Shown: one piece after another, positions 1 through 12,442 of the stretch
How positions within the stretch are numbered: the stretch's first letter is position 1
Layout of the letters: each line of letters begins with the position of its first letter
Source of the DNA: Alloascoidea hylecoeti
Lineage: Eukaryota
Length of the DNA: 64,000 nt
NCBI GenBank assembly: GCA_001600815.1
Contig: BCKZ01000020.1
Location: 336,831 to 400,830 of the forward strand
Direction of reading: 5' to 3'
Made by a program: the position numbers and the translations under genes
The notes under the pieces: generated by a model
Database searches by the model: none
Told to the model about the DNA's origin: nothing
What the model saw: the letters and a program-made list of their open reading frames with translations, nothing else

Positions 1-723
1 ACACCTTTATGGTCCGAAGAGTCCGAATTTCCGAAGGTTCTGTAAATTCTTGCATAGTCTTATTGGCACTTATATTATATTATAAAAAATAATTTATAAC
101 CTGAACCATTTTAAAGATTTTTTGATGAGAAACCTTTGCGAATGGATGCACATTTTCTTGAATTACTCTCTTTCCTTTTCCTTTCAATTATAGTTGTTAA
201 CTATAGTAAGTATCTTTTACGATCTGATGGACTTAATAGAATTCTCTAAAGGTTATGACATTCATTATTCCAACCTTGAGAGACTCTTATAATGGTGAAA
301 AATTCAAATAACGAATTATGAACCATATAATTCTTGAAAATGATGTTTAAATTTTCCGTTGGAAAGTATTTAACAGGGTCTACCCTTTCGCTTGTTGACT
401 CTAAATCATTAGATCTTCTTGTTGATTGTTCATATCGTCTACTAGTGATGATTGTTTTAATTATGTGATCAGTGCTACAGTATTGACAGTATTGTCTTGT
501 ATAAAAATAATATATAACTTTATAACTTTATATTATACTCTACAACTACCAGATTTGATAGATGCATAATCAGACTTGCGCATATTATTTATGTACTGTA
601 ACTATAATTTTAAAGAGCAGATATAAAAACAAATTTAGAAATATAAAAATCAGAAATCAGAAGTAGAAATTCGAAATTTAACTAAAAGAAAGAAAGAAAA
701 GCAAAAACAATAAGCAATATATA

Positions 724-2829
724 TTAATTGGCACTATTCAATCTTTCAGTACCAACATAAGTCCAACCACCAAATTGTTGTTGTACACTTTCACTTAAAT
801 AATCTTCAACAACAGAATCCATTGGTAATTCATTTGTAAATTCTGAATCAAAATTAGAAGTATCCATTTGTCCAGATACTGGTGGTTTATATGGAGGGGC
901 ATAGCCTTTATTATATAATCTTTTCCAATCAATTTTTTTAAAAAATAAATGTTGTTTAATTTCTTTTGCGCCATTATTACCAAGTCTTTTCATTGGGTCT
1001 CTATTTAATAAACCAGAAATAATTGATTTTGAATCACGATCTAAAAAATCTGGAAAAATTAAAGGATCTTTTAAAATTTTCCGATACATAACATTATGAT
1101 TTTCATCATAATATGGAGGTAAACCAGTTAACATTTCATAAAGTAAAATACCTAAAGTCCACCAATCAACTACTTTTGTATAAGGTTGACTCATTAATAA
1201 TTCAGGAGCTAAATATTCAGGAGTTCCACAAAAAGTACTTGTTGTATCCCCATCTTTCATATCTAATTTACATAGACCAAAATCACATAGAGCAATATGA
1301 CCAGTATAATCTAATAAGATATTTTCAGGTTTTAAATCTCTATAAATGATATCATAATGATGTAAACATTCTAAAGCAATTAATAATTCAGCAATATAAA
1401 ATCTTGAACGATTTAAATCAAATTTTCCTTCTCTTTGTAAATGATGAAATAATTCACCACCATTTGTAAAAGCTAAAACAAGATATAATTTTTCAGGTGA
1501 TTGAAAAGTAAATTTCATTGGTACAATAAAAGGATTATTAATTTTTGTTAGAACATTTCTTTCAGCTAAAGTATGAGTTACCTCAGATCTTGAAACAATA
1601 TGAGATTTTCTAATAATTTTTAAAGCATAAATTTGTTGAGTATTTTTTTTTTTGACTTGCATTACTTTACCAAAAGAACCTTTACCAATAACTTTTAATA
1701 AATCAAAATCATCAATTGATAAAGATTTTAATTTATTTGGTTTATAATCAATTGTTATATTAAATTGAAATTGAGAATTTGAATCAAGTGATTTCCATTT
1801 ATGATTCAATAATCTTAAAGAATTTGAGGAATTTGAAGAAGATAATTTTGGATCAATAATTGTTGTACCTAATAAAATATCACCTCTTTGTATAAATTTT
1901 GTATGTATATTTTGATCAATTTTTGAATTTGTAGTTGAATTATCATTTTCATTTGAATTTGAAGAGACCGCTGGAGTTGGTTGGGTTGTAATAATACTTG
2001 GAATCATATTTGATGGTTGATAATCCGGAGGATAAAAAGAAGTTGGAATTCTTGCAAAGATTCTAATAGTTATAATATCATTTCTTGAAACATCAAAACT
2101 TGAAACTGAATTGAAAACAGGATTAGATAGAGTTCCTTGTTTAGCATCAACTTCAATAATTGTTTTATCAAATTCAATAACCATATAAATTAAAGATTTT
2201 TTCAATCTTGTAGTTGGGATTGTAATTAAAGCAGGTATTTCATCTGCAGTTATATTTGAATATAAATCACCAGAAATTTGAGATTTTGAGACACTTTCAG
2301 ATAATAATTTAGTTGCAGAAGAAGATAAACTACTTGTCAATAATTTATTAATTGTTTGATTTGATACATTACATTTGAAAGGTAATTGCAAGTTTTTAGC
2401 GTCATAAATTTTGATATTTAAAGTACCTGGAGTCACAGGGACAGATTCAGTGGGAATAACAGCCGTTGCGAAAGAGTGAGTGGATTCAAAACTATTTCTA
2501 ATGGAAGGTTGTTGATCAGGTATTTTCAATTGTGATTGTGTTAGCGTATCTCTTCTTCCAGTTCCAGTGGCAGTAGATTCAAAAGAAGATCTTTCCGATA
2601 TCTCCATGGATGGCCTTAAAGAATGGCCAGTTGTCACAGAAGGCAGGTTCACTTTGCTTGAAGTTGAAATTGGAGATAAATCCTCGATGTCATTTTTTGT
2701 GAGGGACTGGAATAGTTTATTACTATGATGGCTGTGTTGACTTCTGGATGGGGATGGGTTTCTTGCGGATTCGGGTTCTTGCGCCGGGCGGGAGAAGGGG
2801 GACGGGAGGTGGTCTTTCAGTTCTGTCAC
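724..2829 (-). CDS. YPK1: AGC Ser/Thr kinase Ypk1/Ypk2 (Gad8/SGK-like)
   Basis: 701-aa ORF with IGKGSFGKVMQV, YRDLKPENILL, DFGLCK and TFCGTPEY, plus the Ypk-typical C-terminus DSVVEDYLSESVQQQFGGWTYVG. Confidence 0.93.
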   Translation of the reverse strand: MTELKDHLPSPFSRPAQEPESARNPSPSRSQHSHHSNKLFQSLTKNDIEDLSPISTSSKVNLPSVTTGHSLRPSMEISERSSFESTATGTGRRDTLTQSQLKIPDQQPSIRNSFESTHSFATAVIPTESVPVTPGTLNIKIYDAKNLQLPFKCNVSNQTINKLLTSSLSSSATKLLSESVSKSQISGDLYSNITADEIPALITIPTTRLKKSLIYMVIEFDKTIIEVDAKQGTLSNPVFNSVSSFDVSRNDIITIRIFARIPTSFYPPDYQPSNMIPSIITTQPTPAVSSNSNENDNSTTNSKIDQNIHTKFIQRGDILLGTTIIDPKLSSSNSSNSLRLLNHKWKSLDSNSQFQFNITIDYKPNKLKSLSIDDFDLLKVIGKGSFGKVMQVKKKNTQQIYALKIIRKSHIVSRSEVTHTLAERNVLTKINNPFIVPMKFTFQSPEKLYLVLAFTNGGELFHHLQREGKFDLNRSRFYIAELLIALECLHHYDIIYRDLKPENILLDYTGHIALCDFGLCKLDMKDGDTTSTFCGTPEYLAPELLMSQPYTKVVDWWTLGILLYEMLTGLPPYYDENHNVMYRKILKDPLIFPDFLDRDSKSIISGLLNRDPMKRLGNNGAKEIKQHLFFKKIDWKRLYNKGYAPPYKPPVSGQMDTSNFDSEFTNELPMDSVVEDYLSESVQQQFGGWTYVGTERLNSAN

Positions 2830-3047
2830 AATGTTAGGAAGATAGCCACAGAAGGAGTGAGAAGATGCTTACTCTTGAAGTTCCAACCGACCATTATTGC
2901 TGCTGAGATGGTTGTGAAGAAGTTCCTGTTGGTGTGTTTATTTTATTATGTCATCAAGGGTTGGTAATCATTATGTAATCACCAATCTATTATTTTTAAA
3001 CTTTCAATGCATATATTTTTACTTGACTTTTTTTTATTTCTACTTCA

Positions 3048-3790
3048 TTAGAAACTCAAAAGTCGATATCGAAAGGTAGACCTTGTTAAATACTTTCCAT
3101 CGGAAATTTTAAACATCATTTTCAAGAATTATATGGTTAATCACCATTACTGGAGTCTCTCGAGGTTGGATCTATGAATGTCATCACCCTTGGAATTCTT
3201 TCTTGAGTCCATCAGATCGTGAAAGATACTTACTATATCCCGATTTAGCCCACATCAAGAATTAACTTCAGTCTTGTCTACTAGGTATGATAATTATTTT
3301 GATTCTATTCCAAGACAATTTCTTAAAATATATGGAAAGCTTTTCGAATTGTCCGCTGATGATCCTTTTAAAAAAACAATAGTAATTTGGGATTTATACT
3401 CATCTGTGCCCAAGTTGGTTTGTTTTAATTCAATAACCCTAGACATCAAGTATTGGAAGCGCCACTTTCTATTATCTTTCAACATTAAAGAGGATACAAT
3501 TGTTTTTGCGACACATCAATAACATTCGGATAGCTTTATTCATGAATATTAGATATATATAATTACTACGGGTGAACTGTTAGGAAAGTTCAAATTGGAA
3601 CAAGTTATATATTCAAATAATTTTGAATATCTTACTTATGTGAAAGATGTACATGCTTATAAAATATGTTTTATGTAGTCTCGCTAGGAATCCCCAAAGA
3701 GATACTTGACGCCCCCACATTTCCCAATGAAGAGAGGCGAAATCTGAGATTCATAGAATCTTTTATTGACTTTGGACATGATACTATATA
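3048..3790 (+). pseudogene. F-box family pseudogene, copy A (internally deleted)
   Basis: Reads ..VKYFPSEILNIIFKNYMV..VSRGW (F-box-like). Collinear at DNA level with 4240-4452 and with 59350-59830. Contains frameshifts and stops. Confidence 0.75.
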
Positions 3791-4158
3791 TGAAATTGCA
3801 GTTTCGATACAGAACATACATTGTTTTTAACTGATAATTCAATCACTACTTAGGTTAACGTTGTTAATCAAAAAATTTATTAGCCTAAAAATCAATTCTA
3901 TCAGAATCTGGTTATAATATTACATCTCATCCGTTACTTGCTTATAATTATAAATATATTTGTCAATGCTTCAACATATAAACTTTCTATTTTCTTTTTT
4001 AAATTATAGTTGCAGATTAAACATAATTAATATGCATATGCATATGTATATGCATAATATATGAAGACAATACCCATCAAACTTAGTAGTTGTGGAGTAC
4101 CCCATTTATATCTATATTTTTTTACTTGGTAAATTTTTTTTTTAATTCATTATTTTAG

Positions 4159-5670
4159 AAGACAATACCACTGATCACATTATTAGAATCATCATTACCA
4201 GTAGACGATATGAGCAATCAATAAGAAGGATCTAATGATTTAGAGTCAACAATCGATATCGAAAGGATAGACCCTGCTAAGTACTTTCCATCGGAAATTT
4301 TAAACATCATTTTCAATAAATACATGGTTAATAGTTCGTTATCTTAACTTCTCACTATTACTTGAGTCTCTCGAGGTTGGATTTATGAATGTCATCACCC
4401 TTGGAATTCTTTTTTTTTAAGTCCATCAGATCGTAAAAAATACTTACTATGGTTAGCAAATATTTCTCCTCCTTAAAAATTTCATTGAGAATGGTTTAGG
4501 TTATATATTATTTTTTGAATATAATAGATTTGTCTATAAGACTGCGAGAGTTTACAGATGCCTGCAAAATTAAGGCTTTTCGTACCACGAAAGTATTTGA
4601 TAACTATTATGATCATAATCTTAAAGGTAATGTTTCCCCGAACTCATAATCAATGACACTCATAACCGACTGCAAATGGAAAGTAAAAAGGATCAACTCA
4701 AAAGTCCAATGAATATTAGTTTTATGTAAAACATTAATATCTCTCTATTTACCTGATCTCAGGGAAGTATGAGGAGCTGAACATTTATTCTAATCAATTC
4801 AAATCAGTGGAATATCGGAAATTCATCACGAAAGTTCCAATAATTGATTCTATATTAGATTCAGATACTGAAATAATAACATTGTACCACTCCAATAAGA
4901 ATTTTGAACAAGTCGGTTTTAAATTTGTGAGGATACCTAATGAAGGATACATGGGAGCCATACTTGTTACATGCCCGCAACCCCTTATAGATTAACCCCA
5001 GCACAAAAAACTTTGAATTTGAATGATATTTTGAGAAGGAGATCAGCCTTAATCAAAGAAGGTACACGACCTATAAATGGGATTAAAACGTTGGAGCACC
5101 ACGGGATGAGCAGACTATCTAAGAAATCGGAATATGCATTGGCACCGGTAATAAATATGATATTTTACATCTCCCAACAGGAAATATTACCAGATCCCTA
5201 TGTGACTTAATATCTTCTTTTTATAAACAGACTATAACAGAAGAACGCGACGCTTACGATGAAGAATCACCAAATATATTCCTATCAATGATTGTTATTT
5301 TCTCACAAGATTATATCCTAGGAGACACGAATTATGAAGAGGATACTTACTATGGCTATAAAAGAGTTGTGTTGATGATGATATGATAAGCTTGAATTTC
5401 TAATAAATGTTCTTAAAATATATAATGGAAAGCTGTTCATATTGTCCGATAATAAACCGTTTGAAAAAACAATGATTTGGGATTTATTCACCTGTACTCA
5501 AGTTGATTTGTTTTTATTCAAGATGTCCAGGCTATAAGGATGGCTGTGTTGGCTACTGTCTACACTCTTTCAACGTTAAAGAGGATATAATTGGATATGA
5601 TATGGAAAAGATCTTAAAATCAAAAAAGAATGGGGAATCTAGGTGAAAAGATTTACAACTAAGAAATATA
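4159..5670 (+). pseudogene. F-box family pseudogene, copy B
   Basis: Reads IERIDPAKYFPSEILNIIFNKYMVNSSLS*LLTIT*VSRGW (F-box motif with in-frame stops). 4473-5670 is collinear with 58048-59897. Confidence 0.8.
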
Positions 5671-6004
5671 TATGGAATTATAGTATGTGGCCGAATTATT
5701 GATCCAAAGTGCGAATACTAGGTCAAAAAATGGTCGACATTTACGCAAAGTACTGAATTTCTGTTTAAATTTATTTTATTTAATTAATATTTCGTAATTA
5801 ATTAAATTTCTGTTTTTATTTTATTATTTTCTGCAGTTTCAACTATTTTCATGTATTTATTTTATTTGTTGTTGTTATTTATTTGTTTACTTATTTATTT
5901 ACATTACATACATTTACATTTTAATTTTACATTTTAGTTGCTTTTCAAATTCCAAACAAATTATCTGTTTCTTTTTTTTATTTCTTTTTTTCCTTTATCG
6001 CAGA

Positions 6005-9000
6005 ATGACAGGTTCGGACCATTTGAGTATCGACACGACGCTGGTGGAATCCCCAAACAACCCAAAACTGAAAAAGATGCCGTTCCCTAAGATGCCACTA
6101 ACCACCATAGACACCAGCACTCTTTCGTCCCTTGCTGTCCAGGCACCCCATTCTCCACAACAACAAAACAAAACATTAATGAATCTCCAACAATCCGTTC
6201 ATGAGAATCATAATGATAATGATAAAGATAATGTTAATGGAAATAATCAATTAGATCTCGTCATAAGCTCAATAAATGATGCTTCTAAACGCTTTTCCAA
6301 AAACTCCTCAAATACAAACACAAATAATTCAAAAAAGAGAAAATCAAAAAGTCACGTCGGTCCTTGGAAATTAGGACGAACTTTAGGGAAAGGTTCAAGT
6401 GGGAGGGTGAGATTGGCAAAACATGCCGTTACGGCTCAATTAGCTGCTGTTAAAATAGTACCAAAGGCTCCTTTTATACCAAAAGATAAAAATAATGCTA
6501 ATGAATGTGATACAACTGGTTTACCTTATGGAATAGAAAGAGAAATCATTATTATGAAATTAATTAATCATCCAAATGTTATGGGTCTTTATGATGTTTG
6601 GGAAAATAAAGGTGAACTATATCTTGTTTTAGAATATATTGAAGGTGGTGAATTATTCGATTATTTAATAAAGAAGAAAAAATTATCTGAATTTGAATCT
6701 ATTCATTATTTCCGTCAAATAATTAATGGCTTAGATTATTGTCATCGATTAGGAATTTGTCATCGAGATTTAAAACCTGAAAATTTATTATTAGATAAAA
6801 ATAAAAATATAAAAATTGCGGATTTTGGTATGGCTGCTCTTGAATTATCTGATAAAATGTTAGAAACTTCTTGTGGTTCCCCACATTATGCTTCTCCTGA
6901 AGTTATATCTGGTAAGACTTATCATGGTGCTCCTTCTGATATTTGGTCTTGTGGTATTATATTATTTGCTTTATTAACTGGTCATTTACCCTTTGATGAT
7001 GATAATATAAGATCTTTATTATTAAAAGTACAATCTGCAAAATTTCAAATGCCTTTAAATTTATCTCCAGAAGCAAAAGATTTAATTTCAAAAATGTTAG
7101 AAATTGATCCAACAAAAAGAATTAAAATCCCTGATATTTTAAATCATCCATTATTAATAAAATATCCATTAAATAAAAATCATCAATCAATTCCAAAACC
7201 AATTGATTTAAAATTAATTGAAAAACCTGTTAATTCAATAAAAGAAATTGATTTAGAAATTTTAAATAATTTACAAATTTTATGGCATGGTGAATCAAAA
7301 TTTAAAATTATTAATAAATTATTATCAAATGATTTAAATTCTGAAAAGATTTTTTATTGTTTATTGGTAAAATATAGACATGATCATAATGATAAAATTA
7401 ATAAAGATAAAAATTTAAATGTTAATATTAATGAAATTAATGAACCATTAATAACAGCTGATTCAAATATGAAGAAAAAGAAAAAACAAAAACAAAAACA
7501 AGTTAAAAGACCTACAATACCTGCTTCATCTTCAAGAATGAAAGTATCATTTCAAACATCAAAACAATTACAAAGTAATTCATCAATTGCAAGAGTTTTA
7601 TCAAGAAGTAGTAAAAATTATACAAGTTTTTCAAGTCAACATAAAATTCAAAGTTTTAATCATAAAAATAAACATTCAAGTTTTAATTATAATCATAAAA
7701 ATGATTCAAAAACAAAATTTATTAAAAAAGATCAATCAATAAATAAAATTAAATCATCAAAATCTCCAAGAAGATTAACAAAAAGATCTTATAGTAGTAA
7801 AGGAGCACTTTTAATTCCAAAAAATAAAACAATTGAGTTAGAATCGTTTGAAAATGATAATGAAAATGGTAATGGAAAATCAAAAGATATTAATGGTAAA
7901 GAGAATGAAATTTGGGAATGGTTTAATAAAGAAAGTAATCAACTACAAGCTTCTTCAAATTTTGCAGAAATGTGTGAAAAAGCATTTGATTTCGATACTT
8001 TACCAAATAATCAGAATCAAAATCAAAATCAAAATCAAAATCAAAATCAAAATCAAAATCAAAATCAAAAACCTATACAAGTTCAACACTTACCAAGACG
8101 TTCAAGATTATCACATGAAGATAGTAGTCCAATTGCTCCATTATCTTTAAAACGTAGACAATATAAAAATCATCCATCAAATTCAAAAACTATAACTATA
8201 AAACAAACAACAGGAAATAATCATCATGTTGGTGAAAATATTGAACCACTTTCTTATAAACCAATTTCTCATAATGAACTTTATATTGATAAAAAAGCAT
8301 TTCAACAATATCAATCAATGAAAGAAAATAATCAAGTTTATCCATTTCAAGCACCAAAACCAAGAATAAATTTATCAAATAATAATAATTTAAATGATTT
8401 AAGACCAAAATCAGAAATTACTGTTAATTATAAAGATAATTTTAAATTTCCGATACTAAAAGAAAATCATTCAAAATCAAAATCTGAATTAACAACACAA
8501 GTTAGTATTGATTCATTTGGTAGAAATTCTTTAGATCCAAGGCAACATCAAAAAGGTGCATTATCTGAATCATCAACATTAGATCCATCATATTTAAATC
8601 ATGATATTGATAATGATAATAAAGAAGAATTTTCATTTGATTTTAATTATCCAATCCCATCAACAACAACACCATCAACTAAACCTTTTAATTCAAAAAA
8701 TAAAATATTTGATGAAGTTGATAGATTTGCTGATGCAATTGAAGATGATTTAAAATTTGATTTTAATTATAATCAATTACAATCAAATACAAGTTTAAAT
8801 ACTTTAACAATGGTTAAGAAAAAATTAAGAATTGATGGTGAATCAACTTCAACAGTTGATACATCATTTCAATTTGGTGATTTTGAAAATTTAATTGATC
8901 ATAATATTAATATTGAAAAACAACATAAAATTAGAAATGATTCAAATTCAAATGGTAGTGTACGTAAAATTATACATCCAAAAAAATCAAATATGACTAT

Positions 9001-10098
9001 TAAATATAATGATGAACATGGTATAAATTCTAAAAAATCAAATTTAACTATTAAATATAAAGATGAAAATATACTTGATAGTAATAAAGTTACAATTTTT
9101 AATGAATTTAAAAATGATTCTAATTCAACATTAACTTTGAAAGCACAAGAATCAAAACCACAGTTGCAAACACAATCTCAATCACAAGAAACTACACCAT
9201 CTACATCTCCAGTTGATTATAAATCTCCAGTTGATCATAAATCTCCAATTGATCATAAATCTCCAATTGATCATAAATCTCCAATTGATCATAAATCTCC
9301 AATTGATCATAAAGATAAACCAATTGCAATTTCTCCAAAAGAAATTAAACAAGAAGTTAAGAAAAGACCTTTACCTTTTACTGAACAATGTCAATCTGAT
9401 AATAATAATCATGATGCTTTCATTAGAAAACCTTTAACAACCATCAACATTGATTCTAATAATAAAAATAATGTTCATAATAATATTAAACCAACTATAA
9501 CAACAAATGCAAAACCATCAAAAAATGGTTCAAAAAATCGTGTTGGTAATGTTTTAAGAAAAATTACATTAAATCCAAAACGTGAAGCACCTCAAAAACC
9601 AATGAATGAAATTCCAATTGCAACTAATAGAAATACTAGTACTAGTACTAATAGTAGTAGTACTATGACAACTAATAGTAATCGTACTTCAACAATGACA
9701 ACAAGTAGTTATTCATCAGTTAGAACATCAACAATGACAACAACATCAAATCCAGAACAAAGTTGGTTTATGAAAGTTTTAAATATTCAATCAGAAACTG
9801 AATTTTTATATCCAGATTTTAAATCAAACGAATTAATTGTATTATTAACAAATTGTTTAAATCAATGGAAAAAACAAGGTATTAAAAATGTTAAAGTTAA
9901 TGGAAATATTATAAAAGGTGCAATATCAAGAAGTAATGTTTTTAGATTAAAATCTGTTAAATTTAAAATTGAAATTACATCAATTGAAGAAAGTAATATA
10001 ACAGTTGCTGCTTTTATTTTAGAAAAAGGTTCAACTACTTCTTTTCATACTTTTGTTAAAGAAATTGAAAAATATTTAAATGGGAAAGTTAAAGAAAG

Positions 10099-10144
<46 letters not shown>

Positions 10145-10153
10145 GTCTATTAA
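6005..10153 (+). CDS. HSL1: Nim1-family septin-associated kinase Hsl1 (Gin4/Kcc4-related)
   Basis: 1382 aa. N-terminal kinase domain (VGPWKLGRTLGKGSSGRVRLAK, PYGIEREIIIMKLI, LETSCGSPHYASPE), long low-complexity linker, and KA1-like C-terminus (KGSTTSF). Confidence 0.85.
8009..8068 (+). repeat. (AATCAA)n hexamer repeat encoding (NQ)10 in HSL1
   Basis: Tandem hexamer read directly from the sequence. Confidence 0.95.
9206..9313 (+). repeat. 18-bp x6 coding minisatellite encoding SP(V/I)D(Y/H)K in HSL1
   Basis: Six tandem units of TCTCCARTTGATYATAAA. Confidence 0.95.
10100..10138 (+). repeat. (AAT)13 poly-Asn tract at the HSL1 C-terminus
   Basis: Read directly from the sequence. Confidence 0.95.
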
Positions 10154-11303
10154 AATTAGTTTTTATTGAACAATGAAATTAAATGAAATTTAAATGAAAT
10201 TTGAATAAAAAAAATATATTAAACATTTTCATATTTATACCAAATTATAACAATAATGATTGGATATTCTATTCTATATCACATTTATTAAAATGACTCT
10301 TTTCCCGTTTGCATTGCATTTGCAATTACAATTTTACAATTAATTGTTTTTATTATTATTTGTCTATTTTGTTTATTTTGCTTAATTTGTCGATTTTTTT
10401 TGTTTTTATCTTTGAATTCTCCTACATATAACTTTTAAAATTTATTGAAATACTTTTTGGGAAGGGGAAGGGATATTCATCCATTGATTGGAGTCCATTG
10501 ATTGGGGCTGGGCCATGGGGTTCTTATTAGTTATAAGCTACTTTTTTATATTCTTATTACAACTTCTTTTTACGTTTTTATAATTATTTTCCATTTTTAT
10601 ATTAAATTTTTCTTCAAATTTATATTTATTTTTCAAATTCATTTATATTTTCTGTACCTTTTTTCTCTTTTAAAATTTACATTTTACAATTTAAATTTAA
10701 ACTTATAATTAAGAAGAAATATATAGTATTTAACGTTAACGCTTACATACAATAATAATGTTTTTTCTAATATATGAAATTTATAATAAACAGACTATAC
10801 TTCTTTTGGAGAATTAAATGAATTTGACACAGTAATTTGTTTCAACTTTTCATCTGATTATATTTGTGTGAAACTCTTGAAATTGGATCCGGACTGGATA
10901 AATGCGGACAAGGCGTACGCGTTTATCCCAAAAAGCATCAAATAAATCTTTATGCCTTCAATTTTGATGTACTAAATAGAAATATTAATAAAAATATTAA
11001 TTTCGTATTTTATTAAATGTATTAATATTTATTTGCTGAAAATAATCAATTATTCTTATAAATTATAAAGACGGGATTAAAAAAAAAACAGCATTTATAA
11101 TTTATTCAGATTTTCTTTTCTTTCCTTCTTTTCTTTCTGTTAAACATTTAAATTTAGTGAAAAGTGGTTTATCTTTATATTATTATTTACTTCCCCTGAA
11201 CAAAAATTGTAACACATTCTATACTTTTTACAGCATTTTCAACTTTTATCTGTTTTATTACTATTCATTAACTTATCCTTTCAACATTTGAGTATTTATA
11301 AGA

Positions 11304-12442
11304 ATGAGTTTAAGAGTATGTTCTTTATTGTTCCTTATCTTTTTTTGGTGTTGAAAAATGAACGCCTTAATACATTTTACTAACCTGATGATAATCAAAA
11401 AAATTACAAACCCACCAAAATTCTCTCGGAATTGCCTTGTAGGACTCCGAAGGGTTTTGGTGATTTGTTATTTTAAAGATTTATATTATTATAGCAAGCA
11501 CCAAGAGAATTTAAATTAGTCGTTGTTGGAGGTGGTGGTGTTGGTAAATCAGCACTTACGATCCAACTTATTCAATCTCATTTCATTGATGAATATGATC
11601 CTACAATTGAAGATTCGTATCGTCAACAATGTTTCATTGATGAAGAGTTCGTTATTTTGGATATTTTAGATACTGCTGGTCAAGAGGAATATTCTGCAAT
11701 GAGAGAACAATATATGAGAACAGGTGAGGGTTTCTTATTGGTTTATTCAATTACTTCAAGATCATCCTTTGAAGAAATTGTTCAATTCCATAGGCAAATT
11801 TTAAGAGCAAAAGATATCGATAGATTTCCTGGTATTATTGTTGGTAATAAAAGTGATTTGGAAGCCGAAAGACAAGTCTCCACCATGGATGGTGAACAAT
11901 TATCAAAAGCCCTTGGGTGTCCATTTATTGAGACATCTGCTAAACAACGTATTAATGTCGAAGAAGGCTTTTATGGCTTAGTGAGACAAATTAAATTCTT
12001 TGAGCAAGGAGCTGGTGGTCCTTCTTCACCAGCTCAAGAGCCTCCTGTTCCAGAACCCCAACAACAACCTCAACCAAAACAGCAACAACAATCTCAACCT
12101 CAACTACAATCTGTGTCGGAGACAGAAAAAGGTTCTTTACCTTCGGTTCGTGAAGAATTACCCCCAATTCCTCAACAGGCTCCATCTGTGCCGGCTCCCC
12201 AGCCAAATAGCAAGAGCAACTCCATGAGTCGTCATAATTCCGACCGTAACAGTCCACAGAATCGTGATAACCGTGATACTCGTGACGTTCGTGATTCCCG
12301 GGACCTGGATTCCGATAATGATATCGACGATGTTAGTGATATTAGAGAATCAAAGGTCAATGAAGTTCCAGTAGTTAGGAATAGACCAAGTATTGAACAA
12401 CCAGAAGCTCAAGCACAATCCTGTTGTTGTTTAATCGCTTAG
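11304..12442 (+). CDS. RAS1: Ras GTPase; exons 11304-11315 and 11495-12442
   Basis: ATG AGT TTA AGA|GTATGT, branch TACTAAC at 11378, TAG at 11494. Splicing gives [65 protein letters not shown]-terminal CCCLIA carries a CaaX box. Confidence 0.95.
11391..11484 (+). other. Long RNA hairpin between branch point and 3' splice site of the RAS intron
   Basis: Nested complementary blocks AATC/GATT, ACAAA/TTTGT, CACCAAAA/TTTTGGTG, TCGGA/TCCGA and CCT/AGG. Confidence 0.75.

Noticed and set aside
9206..9313. CRISPR-like array
   Set aside because: Units are contiguous with no spacers and lie in frame within a eukaryotic kinase gene.
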